A stretch of DNA of 64,000 nt, taken from positions 2,171-66,170 of the forward strand of contig CACZRD010000054.1 in assembly GCA_902783545.1 (NCBI GenBank), read 5' to 3'. Source of the DNA: an uncultured Bacteroidales bacterium (lineage in GTDB: Bacteria > Bacteroidota > Bacteroidia > Bacteroidales > Paludibacteraceae). The translations under genes were made by a program, and so were the position numbers. A model generated the notes under the pieces. It made no database searches. It was not told the DNA's origin and saw only the letters and a list, made by a program, of their open reading frames with translations. Positions 31,579 to 40,756 of this stretch are shown here, piece by piece; the first letter of the stretch is position 1, and the number at the start of each line of letters is the position of its first letter.

Positions 31579-32247
31579 TTATTTGCGGCAAGTTGCAATA
31601 ATGTCAAAACATTCTTTGCACTTGTCAGTCACATACTGCCAATCACTTGCTTTTACTTTGTCGGACGGGAAGAGTTTGCTACCCATTCCTACGCAATAGA
31701 CACCTGCAGCGAACCACTTCTCCAGATTCTCTTTCTCCGGAGCCACACCGCCGGTCACCATGATCTTCGACCACGGCATCGGAGCCATCAGCCCCTTCAC
31801 CATGTTCGGACCATAGACATCGCCCGGGAACAGTTTAGTCAGGTCACTGCCTAACTCTTGCGCCTTACCTATCTCGCTTACCGAGCCGCAACCCGGGCAA
31901 TAAGGTACGAGGCGACGGTTACATACCGGAGCAATCTCGGGGTTGAACAACGGGCCTACTACGAAGCAAGCACCCAACTGGATGTACAGCGCAGCCGTCG
32001 GAGCATCCACTACCGAGCCTACGCCCAGTGCCAGTTCGGGGCACTCAACAGCAGCCCACTTTACCAGCGGACCAAATACCTCGTGTGCGAAGTCACCACG
32101 GTTGGTGAACTCGAACGCGCGTACGCCGCCGTCATAGCATGCCTTCACCACATTCTTGCATACTTCCAAATCTTTGTGGTAGAACACAGGCACCATCGGT
32201 GCAGCCTTGATCTTGGCCATCACCTGAATTTTATCGAATCTTGCCAT
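31579..32247 (-). CDS. eda: KDPG / 4-hydroxy-2-oxoglutarate aldolase
   Basis: 222 aa, Eda-like TIM-barrel sequence, with the kdgK context. Confidence 0.8.
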   Translation of the reverse strand: MARFDKIQVMAKIKAAPMVPVFYHKDLEVCKNVVKACYDGGVRAFEFTNRGDFAHEVFGPLVKWAAVECPELALGVGSVVDAPTAALYIQLGACFVVGPLFNPEIAPVCNRRLVPYCPGCGSVSEIGKAQELGSDLTKLFPGDVYGPNMVKGLMAPMPWSKIMVTGGVAPEKENLEKWFAAGVYCVGMGSKLFPSDKVKASDWQYVTDKCKECFDIIATCRK

Positions 32248-32294
32248 AGTTTAATTCTTTTTTTCGATATTTCGCTTAATCGATATTCCGAGCC

Positions 32295-33320
32295 TTAGCG
32301 CTGAACGCGGCCGTTGGCATTGCCACCGGCAAGCGAGAGCACTTCGTCCTCGCTGACAAGGTTGTAGTCGCCGTTGATAGTGTGCTTGAGTGCGGATGCA
32401 GCTACAGCAAACTCCAGAGCCGATGCTTGGTCGCCAGGGTACTTGAGCATGCCGTGAATCAGACCGCCGGAGAAGCTGTCACCGCCACCTACGCGGTCGA
32501 TGATCGGGTTGATCTCATAACGCTTGGACTGATAGAACTCCTTGCCGTCGTAGATCATCGCCTTCCAGCCGTTGAAGGTAGCACTGAAACTCTCGCGCAA
32601 TGTAGAAACGACATACTTGAAGCCGAACTCTTTCATCATCTGCTCGAAGATTCCTTTGTAGCCTTCGGCATTGGTCTCGCCGCCTTCTACATCTGCGTCG
32701 GGTTTGAATCCAAGGCAGAGTTCTGCATCCTCTTCGTTACCGATACATACATCCACGTACTTCATCAGCGGACGCATGATCGAGATCGCTTTCTCGCTCG
32801 TCCAGAGTTTCTTGCGGAAGTTGAGGTCAACCGATACGATTACGCCGTGACGCTTGGCAGCCTCGCATGCAAGTTTGGTGATCTCTGCAGCTTTGTCGGA
32901 GATAGCCGGAGTGATGACACTCCAGTGGAACCAAGCAGCACCTTCCATGATCTTGTCGAAGTCAAAATCCTTCGGGTCAGCCTCAGCGATAGCCGAGTGA
33001 GCACGATCGTAGATGACTTTCGACGGACGCATCGAAGCACCTGTCTCGCAGTAGTACAGACCTACGCGGTCACCGCCACGAACGATGTAATCGTCCTTCA
33101 CGCCATAACGGCGCAACGAGTTAACGGCTATCTGGCCGATCTCGTGTTTCGGCAGTTTGGTTACCAGATACGCCTCGTGACCATAGTTGGCACACGAGAT
33201 AGCCACATTTGCCTCACCGCCACCCGGGATAATACGGAAATGGTCGGATTGAACGAAGCGGTCTTGTCCTTCCGGACTCAGGCGGAGCATAATCTCGCCC
33301 AATGTAATAATTTTAGCCAT
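32295..33320 (-). CDS. kdgK: 2-dehydro-3-deoxygluconokinase (PfkB family)
   Basis: 341 aa with the PfkB signature (DRVGGGDSFSGGLIHG). It lies between uxaC and eda. Confidence 0.85.
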   Translation of the reverse strand: MAKIITLGEIMLRLSPEGQDRFVQSDHFRIIPGGGEANVAISCANYGHEAYLVTKLPKHEIGQIAVNSLRRYGVKDDYIVRGGDRVGLYYCETGASMRPSKVIYDRAHSAIAEADPKDFDFDKIMEGAAWFHWSVITPAISDKAAEITKLACEAAKRHGVIVSVDLNFRKKLWTSEKAISIMRPLMKYVDVCIGNEEDAELCLGFKPDADVEGGETNAEGYKGIFEQMMKEFGFKYVVSTLRESFSATFNGWKAMIYDGKEFYQSKRYEINPIIDRVGGGDSFSGGLIHGMLKYPGDQASALEFAVAASALKHTINGDYNLVSEDEVLSLAGGNANGRVQR

Positions 33321-33344
33321 TATATTAAATTTGAAATTTGAATT

Positions 33345-34760
33345 CTAAAATTTGAAATAATTCTTAGCGTTATTGTAGCAAATATCCTCCACCATCTGTT
33401 GAACACGAGCTTTCTCGTAACCGGTGTACGGGATCATGCCGTTCTCGATGTCGTTGCCGAGGACGTTACAGAGCGTGCGACGGAAGTACTCATGACGCGG
33501 GTACGAGAGGAAAGAACGGCTGTCGGTCAACATGCCGACGAGACGAGAGAGAAGACCAAGGTTCGAGAGCGCCATCATCTGCTTCTCCATACCGTCCTTC
33601 TGGTCGAGGAACCACCAGCCCGAGCCGAACTGAATCTTACCGGGAACAGAGCCATCTTGGAAGTTACCCAACATGGTTGCGATTACTTCGTTGGCGCACG
33701 GGTTGAGGTTATAAAGGATGGTCTTAGCCAGATGTCCTTCGCTGTTCATCTCATCGAGGAAATGACTCATGGCCTTAGCCGTTGTGAACTCACCGATGGA
33801 GTCAAAACCGGTGTCGGCACCAAGTTGTGCGAACATCTTCGAGTTATTGTTACGGATTGCGCCGTAGTGGTATTGCTGCGTCCAACCCGAAGCGTAGTCC
33901 ATCTCCGCCTGAGCGTGCAGGTAAGCGTGCTTGTACTGACGGATCTCGTATGTGGTCAGTTCTTTGCCAGCGAGGGCTTTCTCGAAGATGGCGTTGATCT
34001 CTGCATCGGTGTACGGCTCGTCGTAGAACTCCTCTATACCGTGGTCACTCAGGCGGCAACCCATCGACTCAAAGAAGTCATGACGTTTCTGGAGGGCATC
34101 TACTAAATCGCCAAAATTGGCGATTGCAACACCGCTTACAGCGGAGAGTTTCTCGATGTATGCTTTCCAAGTAGCGGCTTCGATGTTCATACCTGCGTCG
34201 GGACGCCAAGTCGGCAACATGCGTACCTCTGCGGTCGGGTCTTCCTTTACCATCTTGTGCCACTCAAGCGAGTCAGCCGGATCATCGGTCGTACAAACGA
34301 GCGCTACGTGGTAGTGCTTCATGAGTCCGCGCGGACAGAACTTCGGATCGTTGGCAATCAGGTCGTTGCACTTGTCATAGATCGCACGTGCCGTCTCGGG
34401 ATTCAGTCGCTCCTCTATGCCGAAGGCGGTCTTGAGCTCCAGATGCGTCCAGTGGTAGAGCGGGTTGCGGAAAGTATAAGGAACGGTCTCTGCCCATTTC
34501 TCGAACTTCTCCCAGTCCGTTGTGTCCTTACCCGTGCAGTAACGCTCATCCACACCGTTGGAGCGCATAGCACGCCACTTGTAGTGGTCACCCATGAGCC
34601 AGATCTGTGCGATTGACTCAAAACGTTTGTTCTCCGCCACCATCTGCGGAATAAGATGACAATGGTAGTCAATGATCGGCATCTTAGCTGCATGCTGGTG
34701 GTACAACTCCTGTGCAGTCTGAGTCTGCAACAGGAAATCTTTGTCCATAAATGGTTTCAT
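33345..34760 (-). CDS. uxaC: Glucuronate (uronate) isomerase
   Basis: 471 aa with the canonical N-terminus FMDKDFLLQTQTAQELYHQHAAKMPIIDYHCHL. Confidence 0.93.
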   Translation of the reverse strand: MKPFMDKDFLLQTQTAQELYHQHAAKMPIIDYHCHLIPQMVAENKRFESIAQIWLMGDHYKWRAMRSNGVDERYCTGKDTTDWEKFEKWAETVPYTFRNPLYHWTHLELKTAFGIEERLNPETARAIYDKCNDLIANDPKFCPRGLMKHYHVALVCTTDDPADSLEWHKMVKEDPTAEVRMLPTWRPDAGMNIEAATWKAYIEKLSAVSGVAIANFGDLVDALQKRHDFFESMGCRLSDHGIEEFYDEPYTDAEINAIFEKALAGKELTTYEIRQYKHAYLHAQAEMDYASGWTQQYHYGAIRNNNSKMFAQLGADTGFDSIGEFTTAKAMSHFLDEMNSEGHLAKTILYNLNPCANEVIATMLGNFQDGSVPGKIQFGSGWWFLDQKDGMEKQMMALSNLGLLSRLVGMLTDSRSFLSYPRHEYFRRTLCNVLGNDIENGMIPYTGYEKARVQQMVEDICYNNAKNYFKF

Positions 34761-34780
34761 ATCATTAGTATTTAAAGTTA

Positions 34781-36625
34781 TCAGCGGTCAGTTATCTGCC
34801 TGCCTAAGGCATCGTAGGTCTTATTGTCACGCACGATGAGCAGTTGTCCGTTGCGCAGCACCTTTGTACTTTGTCCCTTGTCACTTTGCACCTTCCCCAC
34901 ATCGCTGCTTCCCCGCTTCGTACAGGTCAGGGTGATGATCATACATGCCTGCTTGCCTGCGAGCCGAAACGCCAGTTCATCGGTCACGGGATGCGCCGTG
35001 TGGTCGATGTCGTGCGTCACCCACTGTGCATTACCGTTTTTGGTTCGCGGGAAGAAATAGTCCTCGGCAGTGTAGGTCGTATTGTTCCACATCTGCACAT
35101 ACGCGTCCGGTTCATCCCAGTTGTCATACCCGAACAGTTTGGCTTTGGTTACCTGCAGGTCTTGCGGGATATGGATCGTATAAGTCACATCGGCGTTATA
35201 GCGTATGCTGTTCGCCTTAGCGGTCGAATACCCTACTCCGCCATCGTTGGTGATGGTGAACGCATTGTCGAATGTATAGGTCTGATCGCCATTCTTCGAC
35301 ACACTACTCTCGGTTGACAGAATATACGTACCGTCGTCGTGTATTCCGTACTTGACTTTCCACGCCGGGTACTCGGTCTCTATCACGCGCTGACACCACG
35401 AACCGATATACTGGTAGCCGACGCGGTTTCCACGCAGTAGTGAGGTGTAATACGGACAGCCCTTTTCGTCAATCGCTTTCGGTGTATCCTCGTAGTTGTA
35501 CAGGAACCGGTAGTACATGTGCTTAATCGAATCATTGTAGATGGCATAGACCGGTTCGTATGCCTTGTCGGGATTGTAGTTGGCACGTGCCAGTTCTTCC
35601 TCAGTATAGGTGTACGTAGTGCCGTTGTATGTATAACTGCGTGTTTTGCCACGGTTCTTCAGTTTATTGAAAAACTTCTCATATACCTGCGCACCTGTGT
35701 TTCCTCCTATCTGGATGAACCGTCCCCACAGATGCGTACCTTTCTGCTCCACAATACGCCGGTCTTTCTGTTGGTCGGCATTGGTGTAGTCTTCCACGGC
35801 GTGGTCGGCTATCTTATGCTCGTCCAGCCACGTAACGGCGGCTGTGATACGTGTCTTGAGCTCATCCGAGGGGTTGTCGAGCGACATAAGGAACGACAGC
35901 AGGTTAGCCGATTCGTACCCGCTGACTGACGGCAACTCTTGCGGACGCCCTTCGGTAGGCAGGTACGGCGCAACGGTATCGTGCTGGGCACACCAAGCGG
36001 CATACGTACCGTCGATGATGATCTGGCAGTCCAGGATGCATTGCACACCGCGGTCGAAAGCAGCCTGACAAGCTTCACGCGTAGCGGCATCGGTGATGCC
36101 GGCAAAGTCGCCCGTGTTGGTATATATATCCCTGAGCAACTTCAGCACATTGACCACCAGATCGTCGTTGAAGGTGACGTAATCCTGATAGCCGTTATCG
36201 TTGCTCAGCGGCAGGTACTGACTCCATCCGCCGCAGCCCTTCTGTGCCACGCGAATCATCTGCAATCCGCGCAAGAACGCCTGGCGGCAGTCTTCGTTGC
36301 CTGTAGCTTTCCACACCCGCGCCAGATAACGCATCTCTTGGGTGGTTGCCATGTTGTCCAGACAGGAACGACCGCTCTTCTCATTGATCAGGCGTTGGTA
36401 CTCTGACTGCGAGAGCTTATGCAGCTGGTCATTCTTCATCCAGCCGCCGTTGGTCTTCTGCACGGCTATCACGATGGCGGCAATATCCAGTGCCTCCTGC
36501 GATCCGTACCACTCAGCCGACATCCCGCCCAAGCAGACTTTCTGCCAAGTCAGGTCACTCACACCCGCTGTCAGTCCCCCACAGCCGGAAAGAATAAGCA
36601 GTATGATAAACAATACCTTTTTCAT
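34781..36625 (-). CDS. PL10-like pectate lyase with a C-terminal beta-sandwich module and the short shared tail
   Basis: 614 aa with a possible lipobox (LSGCGG). The N-terminal half resembles the alpha/alpha-barrel pectic-acid lyases (QKTNGGWMKND, DNMATTQEMRYLA, GCGGWSQY, TFNDD). The tail is KVLRNGQLLIVRDNKTYDALGRQITDR. Confidence 0.7.
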   Translation of the reverse strand: MKKVLFIILLILSGCGGLTAGVSDLTWQKVCLGGMSAEWYGSQEALDIAAIVIAVQKTNGGWMKNDQLHKLSQSEYQRLINEKSGRSCLDNMATTQEMRYLARVWKATGNEDCRQAFLRGLQMIRVAQKGCGGWSQYLPLSNDNGYQDYVTFNDDLVVNVLKLLRDIYTNTGDFAGITDAATREACQAAFDRGVQCILDCQIIIDGTYAAWCAQHDTVAPYLPTEGRPQELPSVSGYESANLLSFLMSLDNPSDELKTRITAAVTWLDEHKIADHAVEDYTNADQQKDRRIVEQKGTHLWGRFIQIGGNTGAQVYEKFFNKLKNRGKTRSYTYNGTTYTYTEEELARANYNPDKAYEPVYAIYNDSIKHMYYRFLYNYEDTPKAIDEKGCPYYTSLLRGNRVGYQYIGSWCQRVIETEYPAWKVKYGIHDDGTYILSTESSVSKNGDQTYTFDNAFTITNDGGVGYSTAKANSIRYNADVTYTIHIPQDLQVTKAKLFGYDNWDEPDAYVQMWNNTTYTAEDYFFPRTKNGNAQWVTHDIDHTAHPVTDELAFRLAGKQACMIITLTCTKRGSSDVGKVQSDKGQSTKVLRNGQLLIVRDNKTYDALGRQITDR

Positions 36626-36635
36626 ATCTCATTAT

Positions 36636-38621
36636 TTATTGCAATCTTGCCCCAAGTATGGTATATTCCACTCCATCGCGGATGATTACCATCTGCCCGT
36701 TGCGGATCATCTTATCAGCCAAACTTGGCTGATTGTCCTGTTGGAGCTCCACTTCCGTCGGCGTACCCTCGTCTGCCAGCGTTACCACGGCGATGAAACA
36801 CACCTGCTTGTCACTGAACGTGAACGTAAACTCATTGGCGGGTTTTGCCAATGTCTTGGTAATATGCGTCGGGTTAGCATAATCCTTGATGGACGACACC
36901 TCATCCGAACAGCTTGTCCCGTTAAACTCCGACAGTTTGCCAGGACCTGCATCATTATTGGTTGTGGCATAGAACTCCACTTTCGCTGCCTTCTGTCCTG
37001 CCGCCAGCTTAAGCGTATTCTGTGCTCCGTTGGAGTTCTTGAGCGTCATATAACTCGTGCCCTCGTACTTGATGCTGCCATTGCCGTTGCTCCAGTTCTT
37101 GTCGGCATTGCCGGTGATGGTAAGTTTCCAATTGTCGACTACCGTGATGGTATTTGCAGCCGTCGTGCCGTCTTCCCAATACACCACCTGCTTGACTGCC
37201 GGCACGCTGCTATTCCATGTATAGCTGCCTTTGTATTGCTCCTCTATCAGCGCACCGGGCAGTTCAGTCTCCGTCGAAGTCACATTGCCCACCTTGATGG
37301 AGCAGTCCTTGAATTGGATACCCGAGCAGAAGTTCAGCTTCAGACCTTTGGTGTGCTCGATGTGCACATTATCGAAGGTCACATCCTTCACGTAACTCTC
37401 CGGACGGCCGTAGATGAAGATCCCGTAGCCGTTCTTGCCGCTGGTCGTAGTACTCTTGCATCCGCTGATGGTCACGTCCTTAAGGGTGATGTCATGGAAT
37501 CGCGGAGTCTTATCTACCAGCGCCGGCGCATGGGCGTCTATCCATGTGGGGTTAGGCAACGAGTCGTACCAGCAGGTGATCGAGATTGGGCTGAGCACAT
37601 TCGTCATCGTACAGTTACGGAATACAATATTATATACATCGCCGCTGCGGTCGTTGTTGGACTTGAGGCGGAAACCGGCATCCGTACCGTTCATCGTCAG
37701 ATCTTCGTAGATGATATCGTGCATGTTCGTTGTGTAGCTGCCAAACGATGCGCCGTGACCTGCCAGCATCGTGCAATTCCATACATGTACATATTGTGCA
37801 TTCTCGTCACAAACAACATTATCGTCACCGGTATCTATCTCGCAGTCATAGATGTTGACGTACTGCGTCCATATGGGGAATCCGTCGGTGTTGTGCGAGG
37901 GGTCGTCCACACCGTGCGAGGCGGGGTTCTTGACGGTTATAGCGTGTGCCGTTGCGTTGGCTCCTTTACCGCTACGACCGATGGTGATATTCGTGTTCGG
38001 GGCGTTCTGGATGCGGAAGTTGCGGAACAAGTACCGCTCGCCCTGCCAGAATCGGATCAGCGCACTGCGGGTGGTGCTCTTCTTCGCGACTTTGGCGTCT
38101 TCCACCTGATCCCACCAGGGTGCACCTTGTCCGTCTATGATCGACGTCGTGCGGCTCTCGCCCTCAATCACGACATCCGATGCTTTGTTCTTACCCGTGA
38201 TGAACGGCGACTCCATCTTATAGTAGCCGTTGCCGTCCTTCGGGAAAGTCGTCATAGCCAGCATCTTCAGTGTGGCGTTCTCACTCAGGTGCAATATCGT
38301 CTTCGAACCAACTGTCAGACAACCGCTCAGGAACGTACCGGCAGGTATAACCACCATACCTCCACCGGCATTAGCCGCAGCGTCGAGCGCGGCTTGGATA
38401 GCCGTCGTGTTGTCCGCAGCTTCAGTCTTTGCGCCGTACGCGGTGATCACAAACGTATTCGTCTCGGTGATGGTAGGCAGACCGGTGGGCAGTTGGACGG
38501 CTGTCCAGCCCGCGGGAGTGTTCTTGTCCGCCGCCTCGGCATCCATCGAGAACGGGATTACCGCTGCCATCGCTTGCATGCTCAATAGGGCGATTGCCAA
38601 AAGAAGTGTTGCTTTCTTCAT
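36636..38621 (-). CDS. GH28-type polygalacturonase with a C-terminal beta-sandwich module and the short shared tail
   Basis: 661 aa with an SPI signal and motifs HNTDGFP, GDDNVVCDE, GHGASFGSY and RLKSNNDRSG. The tail is KMIRNGQMVIIRDGVEYTILGARLQ. Confidence 0.78.
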   Translation of the reverse strand: MKKATLLLAIALLSMQAMAAVIPFSMDAEAADKNTPAGWTAVQLPTGLPTITETNTFVITAYGAKTEAADNTTAIQAALDAAANAGGGMVVIPAGTFLSGCLTVGSKTILHLSENATLKMLAMTTFPKDGNGYYKMESPFITGKNKASDVVIEGESRTTSIIDGQGAPWWDQVEDAKVAKKSTTRSALIRFWQGERYLFRNFRIQNAPNTNITIGRSGKGANATAHAITVKNPASHGVDDPSHNTDGFPIWTQYVNIYDCEIDTGDDNVVCDENAQYVHVWNCTMLAGHGASFGSYTTNMHDIIYEDLTMNGTDAGFRLKSNNDRSGDVYNIVFRNCTMTNVLSPISITCWYDSLPNPTWIDAHAPALVDKTPRFHDITLKDVTISGCKSTTTSGKNGYGIFIYGRPESYVKDVTFDNVHIEHTKGLKLNFCSGIQFKDCSIKVGNVTSTETELPGALIEEQYKGSYTWNSSVPAVKQVVYWEDGTTAANTITVVDNWKLTITGNADKNWSNGNGSIKYEGTSYMTLKNSNGAQNTLKLAAGQKAAKVEFYATTNNDAGPGKLSEFNGTSCSDEVSSIKDYANPTHITKTLAKPANEFTFTFSDKQVCFIAVVTLADEGTPTEVELQQDNQPSLADKMIRNGQMVIIRDGVEYTILGARLQ

Positions 38622-38646
38622 ATCGCTGTTTGTTCAATTATCAGAT

Positions 38647-40743
38647 TTAATACACAACGGCTTTCCCAAATCCTCCGCGGCTGTTAGCCTGACGGATGGT
38701 CTTGCCCTTGTGTTCTGCTGTCAGTTGCGAACCTTTCACTACAGCCACAAATGCACCGTTGTCCTCAACCAGGTAAGCGGCATCGGCATCAATAGCTTTA
38801 GGGTTAGCCGTTACTTGGGCTGCAATAGATGCTGCGTCCCAGTTATCGGCACCCAGAATCACATTCTCGTAGGTATATATACCCGGGCTGTCCAGATCGA
38901 CGGGATCGGAGTCGGCTGCGTAGTTCAAGCCGTTGACGTTATGTCCGGTGATGACCGTGCCGTCCGCCCTACGGGTGTTGTATTCATGAAAGCGCACTTT
39001 GAGTCCTGCGTTCATGTGGGTGTAGCCTTGTGCGGAAGGAGCGATGAGGCAGGTGGTGTTGAGCCATGTGCCTGCCGGCGAGTGTTTCCATCCGCGACCG
39101 AGGTGCCAGCGCCCGGCTTGTGAGGCTACGCCGTCTATCGTACAGTTACTGAACACATAGCCGTAGTGCGTAGTCGGTTCGGTAGCCGGAGCGATGATCA
39201 CATCGTCGTTCTTGCGGTCGTTGTTGTACAGCAGTACGTTCTCAAACCATATATCTCCGCCGCCGCAGATATAATCCACAGTACCTTCGATCCGCCCGTC
39301 GCCAAACCATCCGCGTTGGGTGGCTGCGCCGTTGGAGTAATAGGTGTCTTGATTGCCCTGTAGGCTGACGTGCTGAAATATGCTCTTATCGCCTTGGACT
39401 TGTACGGCAATCCCCACCCCGTGCGCCATGCTGGTCGGATACGACACATCGCAGCGGATACCGAGGTCTTGCATGTAGATGTTGTCCGCCTTGAGCACCA
39501 GTGTCTCGGCGTTGTTCATACCCGAGGCGAGCGGGTGGTTGACGATCAGCACGCCGTCCATCGACTGCCCGATCAGGCTGATCTGCGCGTTGATGGGAGT
39601 GAGCGTCTCATGCCCTAAATCGTACGTACCGTCGGGCAGGAAGATATTGTCGCCGTCCTGTGCCGTTGCCAGTAGCAGTTGCAATGCAGCCCCGTCACCG
39701 GCGCTGAGCACATAGTATCCTGCCTCGTTCCGTGCAGGGATAGTTGCCACATTATATACTTTCACGCCACGCACATGTTCGCCCATACGCGGAGTAAACG
39801 TGAGCGTGGTGGCTGCACCTTCGTATCGGTAGGTCGTCGGCTCGCCGTCGGTGAGGATGTTCACGACAGCGTTTCCTGCTACTTGCACGGACAGCGTGCC
39901 GTCGCTCACGGTTAGCAGCTCATGCTCCTCGGGGTAGAAGGAGTCCTTCGCCATGTCGTAGTAGTAATAACTGCCTACCCTTGCCTGCTCGATGTCCGTA
40001 ACTTTGGCAAACAGACTGATGTCAGCCGTTACCGGTGTACCTTCATCGACCTTCCGCTCGTCACCGTTTCGCCATCCGCGGAACGCCTGTCCTGCAGGAA
40101 TAGTCACGTCGGCTACGGTGTACTTGTATCGCAGCTTGCTACCTTGCTCCACTGTGTCCCGCCCGAGCAGAGTACCGTTGCTATCGAAGTAGCGCACCAC
40201 GGGCGGCTCGGGCCTCGAGCCGTCATCGGGCAGCTCAATCGTGAAGCCTGCGATGAAGAAGTCCCCGCCGTAGCCCGACAGATAGTACGTGCCTGCCTCA
40301 TTCAGATGGATCGTCCACACCGGCATATTAACCGGCTGCTTGGCGTAGTACGGATCGGAGGTGTTGGTGCGGTCGTGCTTGCTCAGTATCAGCCCACGCT
40401 CCTCACGAAGCTCGGTGTAGAACGTCACGCTGCAGGTGTCTGTCACCCGGAACGCTAACTTGTTCTGCACATTCTTCAGCCTCAGGCAGTTCAGGTGCGA
40501 CTGCCCGTGGATCGTTGACTTGCCTTTCGACTGCGCCACCGTGTTTCCGGTCGGTGTGAACAAACGGTTATCGGCACGCAGCGTGTTGGCTGTCCATTCG
40601 CTCGTGCCGTTGTTGGTATATTCATCCGCAGTGATGGTGCAGCTGCGGCGGATGGTTATCAGGTCATCCACAGTCACACCCCACGCGCTGACGCTTATCA
40701 GCGCGCAGAGTATGATGGTAACTATGGATTGCCTGCGTAACAT
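38647..40743 (-). CDS. CE8 pectin methylesterase with an N-terminal beta-sandwich module; it lacks the shared tail
   Basis: 698 aa with CE8 motifs GNQDTYYSN, GTVDYICGGG and LGRGWKHSP. It ends ...ANSRGGFGKAVVY. Confidence 0.85.
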   Translation of the reverse strand: MLRRQSIVTIILCALISVSAWGVTVDDLITIRRSCTITADEYTNNGTSEWTANTLRADNRLFTPTGNTVAQSKGKSTIHGQSHLNCLRLKNVQNKLAFRVTDTCSVTFYTELREERGLILSKHDRTNTSDPYYAKQPVNMPVWTIHLNEAGTYYLSGYGGDFFIAGFTIELPDDGSRPEPPVVRYFDSNGTLLGRDTVEQGSKLRYKYTVADVTIPAGQAFRGWRNGDERKVDEGTPVTADISLFAKVTDIEQARVGSYYYYDMAKDSFYPEEHELLTVSDGTLSVQVAGNAVVNILTDGEPTTYRYEGAATTLTFTPRMGEHVRGVKVYNVATIPARNEAGYYVLSAGDGAALQLLLATAQDGDNIFLPDGTYDLGHETLTPINAQISLIGQSMDGVLIVNHPLASGMNNAETLVLKADNIYMQDLGIRCDVSYPTSMAHGVGIAVQVQGDKSIFQHVSLQGNQDTYYSNGAATQRGWFGDGRIEGTVDYICGGGDIWFENVLLYNNDRKNDDVIIAPATEPTTHYGYVFSNCTIDGVASQAGRWHLGRGWKHSPAGTWLNTTCLIAPSAQGYTHMNAGLKVRFHEYNTRRADGTVITGHNVNGLNYAADSDPVDLDSPGIYTYENVILGADNWDAASIAAQVTANPKAIDADAAYLVEDNGAFVAVVKGSQLTAEHKGKTIRQANSRGGFGKAVVY

Positions 40744-40756
40744 GGTTCAGATAGCT

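Noticed and set aside
36342-38588. A 748-aa plus-strand ORF. Similar long antisense ORFs occur at 2108-3343, 4868-6127, 10823-11683, 14116-14853, 21115-21948, 30454-31533, 32382-33341, 41051-43003, 54299-55189, 58405-59304 and 60404-61303.
   Set aside because: Each lies exactly opposite a gene with clear family motifs. The translations are Arg/Leu/Val/His-rich with no recognisable domains, as is typical of shadow ORFs on the antisense strand of moderately GC-rich genes.
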